Positions 29,202-37,946 of a stretch of 64,000 bases of DNA are shown here, in pieces. The notes beneath the pieces are model-generated. The model saw only the letters and a list, made by a program, of their open reading frames with translations. It made no database searches and had not been told where the DNA came from. Each line of letters starts with the position of its first letter. Within the stretch, counting starts at the first letter, position 1. Source of the stretch: Solirubrobacterales bacterium. Its GTDB lineage: Bacteria; Actinomycetota; Thermoleophilia; Solirubrobacterales; Solirubrobacteraceae. A program made the translations under genes and the position numbers. The stretch spans positions 1,919-65,918 of the forward strand of contig JBBSDZ010000002.1 in the NCBI GenBank assembly GCA_038240205.1, read 5' to 3'.

Positions 29202-30905
29202 CTAGATCCCGACCTGCGTGGCCCCGGCCGGCACGACCGCGCCCGAGGCCACAGCGCCACCACTGCGGCGCTCGATCTCGCGACGGATGTCCTTCATCGG
29301 TTCGACCGAGCGCACCTGCGGAACAGTGTCGAAGTTGTTCGCCGGCGGCGGGGAGGTCGTGAACCACTCCAGCGTGTTCGCCTTCCACGGGTCCGGGCCG
29401 GCGGCCACGCCGAGCTTGAGGCTGCGCGCGACGTTGATGATCGTCACGAGCACGCCCAGCCCGAGCACGAACGAGCCGACCGTCGAGATCTGGTTGTAGA
29501 GCGCCAGGTGCCCGACGTTGTCGTACTCATAGACGCGCCGCGGCATACCGTCGAGGCCGATCACGTGCTGGATCAGGAACGTCAGCAGGATGCCGACGAA
29601 CATCAGCCAGAAGCTCAGCTTGCCGAGTCCTTCGCTGAGCATGCGCCCGGTGATCTTCGGGAACCAGTAGTAGATCGCCGCGAAGATCGTCAGCACCGAG
29701 CCGCCCATCAGCACGAAGTGGAGGTGCGCGACGACGAAGTACGTTTCGTTGAGCTGCCAGTCGACGGGAAACACCGCGAGGAATACGCCGGAGAGACCGC
29801 CGATCAAGAACAGCGCGATGAAGCCCGCACAGAACAGCAGCGGCGTCTTGAATTCGACCGTGCCGCGCCACAGTGTCGCGATCCAGTTGAGGATCTTCAC
29901 CCCCGTCGGCACGGCGATGAGGAACGAGCTGAGCATCACGAACACGAGGATCGCCTCGGGGATCGGCGCCGTGAACATGTGGTGCGCCCACGTCAGGAAG
30001 CCGAGGAACGCGATCGCCACGGTCGCCGCCGCGATTGCCTTGTAGCCGAAGATCGGCTTGCGCGCGAACACCGGCAGGATCTCCGAGACGATCCCGAATC
30101 CCGGCAAGATCATGATGTAGACCTCCGGGTGGCCGAAGAACCAGAACAGGTTCTGCCAGAGGATCGGCGAGCCGCCGTTGGCCGGATCGAAGAAGTGCGT
30201 GCCGAAGTGCCTGTCGGTCAGCAGCATCGTCACGGCCGCTGCGATCACCGGCATCGCGAAGATGATCAGGACGGAGTAGGTGAGGATCGCCCATACGAAC
30301 AGCGGCAGCCGACCCCAGCTCATGCCGCGCGCGCGCATGTTGGCGATCGTCGCGTAGAAGTTGATCGCGCCGAGGATCGAGGAGATGCCGGTCAGGTGCA
30401 CCAGGTAGATCCAGGCGTCCTGTCCGCCCGCGGGCGTATATGCGACGCTCGACAGCGGCGGGTAGCTGGTCCAGCCCGCTTCCGGCGGGTTCCAGAAGAT
30501 CGAGGCGTAGAAGACGATGCCCCCGGCCAGCAGCAGCCAGAAGGAGAGCGCGTTCAGGCGCGGGAAAGCCATGTCGCGGGCGCCGACCATGAGCGGGATG
30601 AAGTAGTTGGCCAGCCCCGCCATCATCGGCACGACGAACAGGAAGATCATCGTCGTCCCATGCATCGTGAACAGCTGGTTGTAGGTCTGCGGCGTGACCA
30701 GAGTGTTGTTCGGCGCACCCAGCTGCAGGCGCATCAGCAGTGCCTCGACGCCGCCCAAGCAGAAGAAGATGAACGTCGTGACCATGTACATGATCCCGAT
30801 GCGCTTGTGATCGGTTGTCGTGATCCAGCTCGTCCAGCCGCGCGCCTCGCGCTCAACGCCGTGGCTGGTTATCTGGGGGACTGGGGCAAGCGTGGTGGTG
30901 GCCAT
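29202..30905 (-). CDS. ctaD: Heme-copper oxidase subunit I, A1 type
   Basis: TDHKRIG, WFFGHPEVY, WAHHMF, VAHLHF and GMPRR. Confidence 0.94.
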   Translation of the reverse strand: MATTTLAPVPQITSHGVEREARGWTSWITTTDHKRIGIMYMVTTFIFFCLGGVEALLMRLQLGAPNNTLVTPQTYNQLFTMHGTTMIFLFVVPMMAGLANYFIPLMVGARDMAFPRLNALSFWLLLAGGIVFYASIFWNPPEAGWTSYPPLSSVAYTPAGGQDAWIYLVHLTGISSILGAINFYATIANMRARGMSWGRLPLFVWAILTYSVLIIFAMPVIAAAVTMLLTDRHFGTHFFDPANGGSPILWQNLFWFFGHPEVYIMILPGFGIVSEILPVFARKPIFGYKAIAAATVAIAFLGFLTWAHHMFTAPIPEAILVFVMLSSFLIAVPTGVKILNWIATLWRGTVEFKTPLLFCAGFIALFLIGGLSGVFLAVFPVDWQLNETYFVVAHLHFVLMGGSVLTIFAAIYYWFPKITGRMLSEGLGKLSFWLMFVGILLTFLIQHVIGLDGMPRRVYEYDNVGHLALYNQISTVGSFVLGLGVLVTIINVARSLKLGVAAGPDPWKANTLEWFTTSPPPANNFDTVPQVRSVEPMKDIRREIERRSGGAVASGAVVPAGATQVGI

Positions 30906-30930
30906 TGGGTGCGCGGGTTTCCTCTGTGTC

Positions 30931-31770
30931 CTAGGGGTTTTCGACCTGTCCGGCGCCCGTCTGGGCATTCAGTTTCGCGCGTGCGACCTTTGCTTGCGCG
31001 TTCGCTTCGCTGATCTGCTTCTTCTGGTAGGCAAGCCATGCTTCAAACTGGGCCGGCGGCACGGCCTTGACGGTGGCGATCATGCGCGCGTGCCCGCGAC
31101 CGCAGAGGATCGCGCACTGCCCGCGGTATAGCCCCGGTTTGGTCGCCTTGAACCACGTGTAGCTGTGGTAACCGGGCACCGCCTGGAACTTGCCTCCCAG
31201 CTCCGGGATCCACCAGGAGTGCACGACGTCGGAGGAGACGATGTCCAGCGTCACGGTCGTGTTCGTCGGCACGACCATCTGCTCGTAGGAGTACGGCGCC
31301 CCGAGCCCGTCTGATTCGCTTGCGCCCGGGTAGACGAACTGCCAGATGTACTGGCGCCCGACGACCTGGATGTTGAGCGATTTCCCGTCAGGCGGGAGCT
31401 TGCGCTCGGAGCTTGCGTAGAGCACGCCCGGGCTGCCCGCGAGCTTCTCGCCTTCCGCGCTCGAGTTCGGCGGGTTCTCGATCGAGGAGAGCTTGGCGAA
31501 CGTGAGCACCGCGAGGCCGATCAGGATCACCGAGGCGCCGACCGTCCAGCCGACCTCCAGGCGCGTGTTGCCGCGGATCTGCGCAGCGACGGCGCCTTTG
31601 CGCGCGCGGAACTTCAGCAGCGCGTAGGCGAGGCCGCCCTCGACCAGTACGAAGACGATCAGCGCCACGACGAGCGTGATCTTGTAGAGGCTGTCGATCT
31701 GGTTCGCGTTGGACGAGCCGCCCGACTGCGGAGTGAAGAACGCCAGCGTTGCGGAGACGAGATGGCCCAA
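30931..31770 (-). CDS. ctaC: Cytochrome c oxidase subunit II (CuA)
   Basis: DVVHSWWIP and GQCAILCGRGHARM. Confidence 0.9.
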   Translation of the reverse strand: MGHLVSATLAFFTPQSGGSSNANQIDSLYKITLVVALIVFVLVEGGLAYALLKFRARKGAVAAQIRGNTRLEVGWTVGASVILIGLAVLTFAKLSSIENPPNSSAEGEKLAGSPGVLYASSERKLPPDGKSLNIQVVGRQYIWQFVYPGASESDGLGAPYSYEQMVVPTNTTVTLDIVSSDVVHSWWIPELGGKFQAVPGYHSYTWFKATKPGLYRGQCAILCGRGHARMIATVKAVPPAQFEAWLAYQKKQISEANAQAKVARAKLNAQTGAGQVENP

Positions 31771-31845
31771 GGCGGCGGGGATTCTATTCAGGCGTGGACG
31801 GGATGCGCTTGATGACCTATGCCACGAGCGCTGATGGGCGCCTCC

Positions 31846-32658
31846 CTAGCTCCCGGTGAACTGTGTCGGGCGCTTCTGCAGGAAGGCCATCGCGCCCTCC
31901 ACGAAGTCGCTGCTGCCGGCCATTTCTTGCTGGATCTGCGCCTCCAGCTCGAGCTGCTCGGCCATGCGTGGGTACAGCCAGTTGTTTAGCTGGCGCTTGG
32001 ATCCGGCGTAGGAGCGCGTCGGACCGGCCGCCAAGCGCGCGAGCAGGGCCGTGCCCTCCTCGGCGAGGCGCTCGTCGGCGAAGACGCGATTGATCAGTCC
32101 CCACTCGAGCGCCTTCGCCGCCGGCAGGCGCTCGCCCAGCAATGCCAGCTCGCTCGCGCGCGCCATCCCCACGCGCGTGGGCATGAACAGCGACGAGCCG
32201 CCGTCCGGTGCCAGGCCGATGTTCACGAACGCGAGCAGGAAGTAGGCGCTCTCGCACGCGACGATCAGGTCGCAGCAGAGCGCCAGCGAGCAGCCGATGC
32301 CGACGGCAGGGCCGTTGACGCACGCCACGACCGGCTTGGGCATGTCGCGGATCGCGTGCATGATCGGGTGGTAGCGCTCGGTCAGCGCCTTGTAGACGTC
32401 CGGGTGCCCCTCCGGCGTGACGTCCCCGCCGCTTACGTCCTTGAGGTCGGCGCCGGAGGAGAAGGCGCGCCCGGCGCCCGTGATCGCGACCGCGCGCACG
32501 GAGTCGTCCTCGGCCACGGCGCGCAACGCGGCGAGCAGGTCGGCGCCGAACTGCGCGTTCCACGCGTTGAGCGCCTCGGGGCGATTGAGCTCGATCGTGC
32601 TCGCGCCGTCTGAGCGGTGCACGTTGACCGTCTCGAGCTTGATGGCAGTCTCGTTCAT
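31846..32658 (-). CDS. Enoyl-CoA hydratase/isomerase family protein
   Basis: LNRPEALNA, FSSGADL, NGPAVGIG and IGLAPDGG. This is the real C-terminal part of the 1162-aa track ORF. Confidence 0.9.
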   Translation of the reverse strand: MNETAIKLETVNVHRSDGASTIELNRPEALNAWNAQFGADLLAALRAVAEDDSVRAVAITGAGRAFSSGADLKDVSGGDVTPEGHPDVYKALTERYHPIMHAIRDMPKPVVACVNGPAVGIGCSLALCCDLIVACESAYFLLAFVNIGLAPDGGSSLFMPTRVGMARASELALLGERLPAAKALEWGLINRVFADERLAEEGTALLARLAAGPTRSYAGSKRQLNNWLYPRMAEQLELEAQIQQEMAGSSDFVEGAMAFLQKRPTQFTGS

Positions 32659-32739
32659 GACACTCCTCTGATCGCGCGTCCCGGTGAGCAGCCTCGAGCG
32701 CGGTGGGCCCCGGCGTGCGCAGATCCTATGGTGTGCTGG

Positions 32740-33483
32740 ATGAAGCGAGCAGTCATCGGCCTTTGCACCGCGCTCGAGCGCGCCCGCTGGAGCGTTTGGG
32801 ACCAGCAGGCGGTCGTGCTGCCGTACAACTACGTCCAGCAGGTCCAGCGCGCCGGGGCGCTGGCAGTGATGCTGCCGCCGGACGGGCGGAGCGTCGCCGA
32901 CCCCGGCGGAACGCTCGATCTGCTCGACGGTCTGCTGCTCGCCGGCGGCGCCGACATCGACCCGGCGACATACGGGCGCGAGCCACACCCGGAGACGCTC
33001 GACATGGTGCCCGAGCGCGACAACTTCGAGATCGCGCTCGTGCGCGAGGCGATCGAGCGCGATATTCCGGTGCTCGGCATCTGCCGCGGCATGCAGCTGA
33101 TCAACGTTGCGCTCGGCGGCACGCTCACGCAGCACCTGCCCGAGCACCTCGGCCACGAGCAGCACCGGCGCGTGATCGGCTCCTTCGACGGCTCCGATCA
33201 CGAGGTGGAGATCCTCGAGCACACGCTCGCGATGCGCGTGATCGGCTCGGCTCACCACGCGACCAAGTCCCACCACCACCAGGGTGTCGAGTTGCTCGGC
33301 GAGGGCCTGCACGTGAGCGCCACCTCGCCGCTGGACGACCTCATCGAGGCGATCGAGCTGCCCGATCGCAGCTTCGTGCTCGGCGTGCAGTGGCACCCCG
33401 AGGCGGACGCTTCGAGCCCCGTGATCGCAGGTCTCGTCGAGGCGGCACAGGCGTACGCCCAGGCGCGAAGCTTCGCCTCCTAG
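32740..33483 (+). CDS. Class I glutamine amidotransferase, peptidase C26 (PuuD-like)
   Basis: GGADIDP, GICRGMQ and QWHPE. Confidence 0.9.
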   Translation: MKRAVIGLCTALERARWSVWDQQAVVLPYNYVQQVQRAGALAVMLPPDGRSVADPGGTLDLLDGLLLAGGADIDPATYGREPHPETLDMVPERDNFEIALVREAIERDIPVLGICRGMQLINVALGGTLTQHLPEHLGHEQHRRVIGSFDGSDHEVEILEHTLAMRVIGSAHHATKSHHHQGVELLGEGLHVSATSPLDDLIEAIELPDRSFVLGVQWHPEADASSPVIAGLVEAAQAYAQARSFAS

Positions 33484-33501
33484 AGCCGATCCCGGCGTAG
33501 G

Positions 33502-34494
33502 ATGCGCGCCGAAGGCGACCATATACTCGGCCCAGTGCGGCGGTCGACGGTTCTCAGAGCAACCGCCTGGGGGGTTGTCGGCGCCGGTGTCGCGGCGCCG
33601 CTCTTGCGCAAGCGCCTGCCGCTTGCCCCGGCCGCCTCGCAGGCGATCGCCTTCGCAGCACCGCTCGGGCTGAGCGTCGCTGCGCGACGCACGCGCACCC
33701 GCGACGTGGCCGTGTGCGCCCTGCAGATGTGGGCCTACCTGGCCGCCTACAAGTCTCCGCACGATGACCCGCGGGTGCAGGAGCGCCGCACGCACTTCGC
33801 CTATCCCGCCGTCGCCGACCGCGCGCTCGGGTTCGGAGAGCTGCCGACGATCCGCCTGCAGCGGGCGCTCGCGCGCAACGGCCCTGACGGCCCGCAGTGG
33901 CGGGCGCTCGACCGCACGCTCGTGTGGGCGCACTGGGCGTGGTTCATGGTCCCGCACGGCACCGTCGCCTACCTGCTGCTGCGCCACCCCGCGCGCTTCC
34001 CGCGCGCCGCGCTGATGACCTACGCCGTGTTCGACATCGGCGCGAGCGTCTACTGGCTGGCGCCGACCGCCCCGCCCTGGTACCCGGAGAGCGGCGAACC
34101 CGCCGATCACGGGGCGGCGGTGGAGGTGGGAGATGTGCGCCGGATGATGGTCGAGTACGGCGAGCACTTCTGGCGTGACCGCTGGGGCCCGCTCTACAGT
34201 GTCCTCGGAGGCAACCCGCTGGCCGCAATGCCATCGCTTCACTTCGCCACAACGCTGATGGCCGCGCTTCTGCTCGCAGAGGCGCATCCGCTGGCGGGTG
34301 CGCTCGGGTTCTCCTACGCGGTCACGCTCGGTTTCGCGCTCGTCTACCTCGGCGAGCACTACGTCGTCGACCTGATCGCGGGCGCCGCGCTGACCGGCGC
34401 CGTGCGCCGCGCCGCGCCGCGCCTTGCGCCGCTGAGCATGCAGATCGCGCGGGCCGTGGGGACGCTGGAGTCGATTGCGCACGAGAGGGGGTAG
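33502..34494 (+). CDS. PAP2/AUR1-like membrane phosphatase or phosphotransferase
   Basis: PTAPPW, AMPSLH and EHYVVD motifs. Confidence 0.85.
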   Translation: MRAEGDHILGPVRRSTVLRATAWGVVGAGVAAPLLRKRLPLAPAASQAIAFAAPLGLSVAARRTRTRDVAVCALQMWAYLAAYKSPHDDPRVQERRTHFAYPAVADRALGFGELPTIRLQRALARNGPDGPQWRALDRTLVWAHWAWFMVPHGTVAYLLLRHPARFPRAALMTYAVFDIGASVYWLAPTAPPWYPESGEPADHGAAVEVGDVRRMMVEYGEHFWRDRWGPLYSVLGGNPLAAMPSLHFATTLMAALLLAEAHPLAGALGFSYAVTLGFALVYLGEHYVVDLIAGAALTGAVRRAAPRLAPLSMQIARAVGTLESIAHERG

Positions 34495-34503
34495 GAGGGG
34501 GGC

Positions 34504-35667
34504 GTGAGCAAGCAGGCGGGCGAGCTCGAGCAGGCGGCCGGCGCGAAAGCGCACGACAGCCGCTCCCACGAGGAGGAGATGCCGCGCGTCGTGGTGACGC
34601 GCCGGCGCGCGATCGCCTTCGGCCTGTTCGTGCTGACGATCGTGGCGTTCTTCTACTTCGTGCTGCCCAAGCTGACGGGTGTGAGCACAACCGTGCACCG
34701 CATCGAGCGCGGCAACAGCTGGTGGATCGGGATCGGCGTCGCGCTCGAGCTGCTCTCGTTCGCCGGCTACGTCGCGCTGTTCCGGGGGGTGTTCGTGCGC
34801 GGGCAGAGTCGCATCGGCTGGCCTGAGAGCTACGAGATCACGATGGCCGGGCTCGCGGCCACCCGCCTGTTCGCCGCCGCCGGCGCGGGCGGCGTGGCAC
34901 TGACCGCATGGGCGCTGCGGCGCTCGGGCATGGAGCCGCGCCTGGTCGCCTGTCGCATGGTCGCGTTCGTCGTGATCCTCTACGTCGTCTACGCGGCCTC
35001 GCTGCTGATCGACGGCATCGGGCTCGGGACCGGGCTGTTCCCGGGCGGGGGCTCGTTCGCGATTACGTTCGTTCCGGCGATCGTCGCGGCGCTGCTGTTC
35101 GCGATCGCCGGCGGCGTCGCGGCGCTGCCCGGAGACGTCGAGCGACGGCTGGAGCGGCGCGCCAGCGGCTCCGGTCGGCTCGCGCACTGGCTCGCGCGCG
35201 CTGTCACCGTTCCGGCGCTCGCCGCCAGCGGCGTTCGCACCGCGGTCGCCCTGATCCGCTCGCGCGACGTCGGGCTGCTCGGCGCGATCGCCTGGTGGGG
35301 CTTTGACATCAGCGTGCTGTGGGCGATGTTCCACGCGTTCGGCTCGCCACCCGCTTTCACGGTCATCTGGATGGCCTACTTCATCGGCATGCTCGGCAAC
35401 CTGCTGCCGCTGCCCGGTGGCCTCGGCGGCGTCGAAGGCGGCATGATCGGGGCGTTCGCAGCGTTCGGCGTCGACTTCAACCTGTCGGTGCTCGCGGTGC
35501 TCTCATACCGCGGCATCTCCTTCTGGCTGCCGACGATCCCCGGCGCGATCGCTTACTTCCAGCTGCGTCGCACGGTCGCGCGCTGGCGCGAAGAGCAGGA
35601 CTCCCAGCCCGGCGGCGAGCGCAGCGGAGCGCCCGTCCAGACAGCCGGGGCGCTCCGGGCCGGATGA
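34504..35667 (+). CDS. Lysylphosphatidylglycerol synthase TM (flippase-like) family protein
   Basis: Multi-TM protein with PGGLGGVEG and YRGISFWLP. Confidence 0.85.
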   Translation: MSKQAGELEQAAGAKAHDSRSHEEEMPRVVVTRRRAIAFGLFVLTIVAFFYFVLPKLTGVSTTVHRIERGNSWWIGIGVALELLSFAGYVALFRGVFVRGQSRIGWPESYEITMAGLAATRLFAAAGAGGVALTAWALRRSGMEPRLVACRMVAFVVILYVVYAASLLIDGIGLGTGLFPGGGSFAITFVPAIVAALLFAIAGGVAALPGDVERRLERRASGSGRLAHWLARAVTVPALAASGVRTAVALIRSRDVGLLGAIAWWGFDISVLWAMFHAFGSPPAFTVIWMAYFIGMLGNLLPLPGGLGGVEGGMIGAFAAFGVDFNLSVLAVLSYRGISFWLPTIPGAIAYFQLRRTVARWREEQDSQPGGERSGAPVQTAGALRAG

Positions 35668-35688
35668 CACAAACCCCCGTCCAGGCGC

Positions 35689-35708
35689 TATACTTCATTT
35701 AGTGAAGT
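35689..35708 (+). promoter_or_regulatory. -10 box overlapped by an inverted repeat upstream of trxB
   Basis: TATACT at 35689-35694; ACTTCA-TTTAG-TGAAGT at 35692-35708. Confidence 0.5.
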
Positions 35709-35724
35709 GCAGATCGAAAATAAT

Positions 35725-36756
35725 ATGAGTGACATCGAGAACGTGATCATCGTCGGCAGCGGGCCTGCCGGGTACACCGCCGCGCTGTACACCGCGCGCG
35801 CCAACCTGAGCCCGCTCGTGATCGAGGGCTTCGCCTGGGGCGGGCTGCTCCAGCAGACCACCGACGTCGAGAACTACCCGGGCTTCCCCGAGGGCATCAT
35901 GGGCCCGGAGATGATGGCCAAGCTGCGCGCTCAGGCCGAGCGCTTCGGCGCACGCCTGCTGACCGAGGATGTCGATCGCGTCGAGCTCTCCCAGGAGACG
36001 GGCGGGGTCCACCGCGTGTGGGTCGGAGACACCGAGTACCAGGCGCGCACGGTCGTGCTGTCGATGGGCGCCGAGCACAAGAAGCTGAGCGTGCCCGGCG
36101 AGGAGGAGCTCTCAGGTCGTGGAGTCAGCTACTGCGCCACGTGCGACGCCGCCTTCTTCCGCGACACCGAGACGATCATCGTCGGCGGCGGCGACTCTGC
36201 GATGGAGGAGGCCATCTTCCTCTCCAAGTTCGCCAAGAAAGTGACGATCGTGCACCGCCGCGCGGACTTCCGCGCCTCGAGGATCATGCTCGAGCGCGCC
36301 CGCGCGCAGGAGAACATCGAGCTGCTGACCCCCTACACCGTGAGCGAGTTCGTCGCCGGAGAGAACGGCGCGCTCGGCCATGCGACGCTCGTCAACACCG
36401 AGAACGGCGAGCAGCGCGAGGTGCCCGTCTCAGGCGCGTTCATCGCGATCGGCCACGAGCCGCAGTCGCGCTTGGTCGACGGCGTCATCGACACCGACGA
36501 GGATGGCTACGTGGCGACCGAGGGCAAGTCGACCCGCACCAACCGCCCCGGGGTGTTCGCCGCAGGGGATCTCGTCGACCACACCTACCGCCAGGCGATA
36601 ACAGCCGCCGGCTCCGGATGCCAGGCGGCGCTCGACGCCGAGTGGTATCTGCGCGACAATCCCGCCGTGCCAACGCCCGAGGGAATGCCCGTCGGCGACC
36701 TCGCCGAGGCGCAGTGGGCGGCCCCCGCCGCCGCGCCGGTCGTCGAGACCGCCTAG
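35725..36756 (+). CDS. trxB: Thioredoxin reductase
   Basis: GSGPAGYTA, CATCD, GGGDSAMEEA and YRQAITAAG. Confidence 0.96.
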   Translation: MSDIENVIIVGSGPAGYTAALYTARANLSPLVIEGFAWGGLLQQTTDVENYPGFPEGIMGPEMMAKLRAQAERFGARLLTEDVDRVELSQETGGVHRVWVGDTEYQARTVVLSMGAEHKKLSVPGEEELSGRGVSYCATCDAAFFRDTETIIVGGGDSAMEEAIFLSKFAKKVTIVHRRADFRASRIMLERARAQENIELLTPYTVSEFVAGENGALGHATLVNTENGEQREVPVSGAFIAIGHEPQSRLVDGVIDTDEDGYVATEGKSTRTNRPGVFAAGDLVDHTYRQAITAAGSGCQAALDAEWYLRDNPAVPTPEGMPVGDLAEAQWAAPAAAPVVETA

Positions 36757-37430
36757 AGGGCGCCCTCCAGCTCGAGCAGGAAGCGCTTGCGGTCCAGGCC
36801 GCCGCCGTAGCCGCCGAGCGCGCCGCCCGTGCGCAGCACGCGGTGGCAGGGCACGACGATCGGAATCGGGTTGGCGCCGAGAGCGTTGCCGGCCGCGCGT
36901 GAGCCGCGCGGGCTGCCGGCGTCTGCGGCGACCTCGGCGTAGCTGAGCACGCCGCCGTAGGGGATCTCCGAGGCGACGCTGAGCACGCGCCGCCCGAACG
37001 GTCCGACGAGCGTCCAGTCGAGCGGCAGCTCGAAGTCCTTGCGGCGCCCGTCGAAGTACTCGTCGAGCTCGCGCCGCATCTCATCCAGCGGGGCCGGCGT
37101 TTCGACGATCCGCGGCGAGATCCTCAGCGCGAGACGTTCGAGGACCTCCTCGATGCTCTCCTCCGGGAAGGCCACGCGGACGAGCCCGCGCTTGGTCGCG
37201 GCGAGCGTGAGCTGCCCGAACGGCGAGTCGACCGCCGCGTAGCTGACGTCGGCCAGCCCCTCGGCGGCGATCCGCCCGGTCAGGCGACGGCTGGCTGCGG
37301 TCGCCTCCTCGCTGTCGGCGAGCCCGCGTCGGCCCGCGCCGGTGCCATTCGCCGCGGCGCTTGCCGGCCCCGGGCCTCGTCGCAGCTCCCGCTCGATCTC
37401 GCTCGTGCTCGCTTTGCTCGGATCGCTCAT
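36753..37430 (-). CDS. ogt: O6-methylguanine-DNA methyltransferase with an N-terminal extension
   Basis: RAAGNA..NPIPIVVPCHRV active site. Confidence 0.92.
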   Translation of the reverse strand: MSDPSKASTSEIERELRRGPGPASAAANGTGAGRRGLADSEEATAASRRLTGRIAAEGLADVSYAAVDSPFGQLTLAATKRGLVRVAFPEESIEEVLERLALRISPRIVETPAPLDEMRRELDEYFDGRRKDFELPLDWTLVGPFGRRVLSVASEIPYGGVLSYAEVAADAGSPRGSRAAGNALGANPIPIVVPCHRVLRTGGALGGYGGGLDRKRFLLELEGAL

Positions 37431-37912
37431 ATCTCGACCACCTTTCTCAGCTTCGTCAGTCCCTCGTGCAGAGATCGGCGCGCGGCGTCCTCCGAGCAGC
37501 CGATTGCAGCCGCGATCTCGCGGTGTGGCAGGTCGTTGACGTAGCGCAGCACGACCGCCGAGCGCTGGCGCTCGGGCAGCTCGGCGACCGCCTCCCACAA
37601 CGTCTCGTCAGGCTCCTCGGCAGCCGGTGCGCTGCGTCCGTCCACGGCCGCCGGCTCGCCGACTGGCAGTGCCCGCCGCCCGCGCGAGCGGTGCGCGTCG
37701 AGCGCCTTGTTGTGGGCGATCGTCAGCACCCACGCGCGCAGGTTCGAGCCGGCGCGCAGGCGCGGAAAGGCGCGCAGCGCGGCGATGAACGTCTCCTGAA
37801 AGCAATCCTCCGCCTCGGTCGGCCCGACCGAGGAGATGAGGAAGCGCCAGACGACCTCGCGCTGGGCTTCCAGAAAGCGCTGAAAGGGGGGGAGGGCGGC
37901 GCTCACGAGCAA
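37427..37912 (-). CDS. ECF sigma factor
   Basis: AEDCFQETFI..WVLTIAHNKALD (region 2) and LPERQR..HREIA (region 4); ATGA overlap with ogt. Confidence 0.9.
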   Translation of the reverse strand: MLVSAALPPFQRFLEAQREVVWRFLISSVGPTEAEDCFQETFIAALRAFPRLRAGSNLRAWVLTIAHNKALDAHRSRGRRALPVGEPAAVDGRSAPAAEEPDETLWEAVAELPERQRSAVVLRYVNDLPHREIAAAIGCSEDAARRSLHEGLTKLRKVVEI

Positions 37913-37946
37913 TGAACGCCCGGCACGCGGAAAACGTGAGGTCGGC

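Noticed and set aside
31846-35334. 1162-aa minus-strand ORF
   Set aside because: Only the last 270 aa (enoyl-CoA hydratase) are real; the rest is the antisense shadow of three plus-strand genes.
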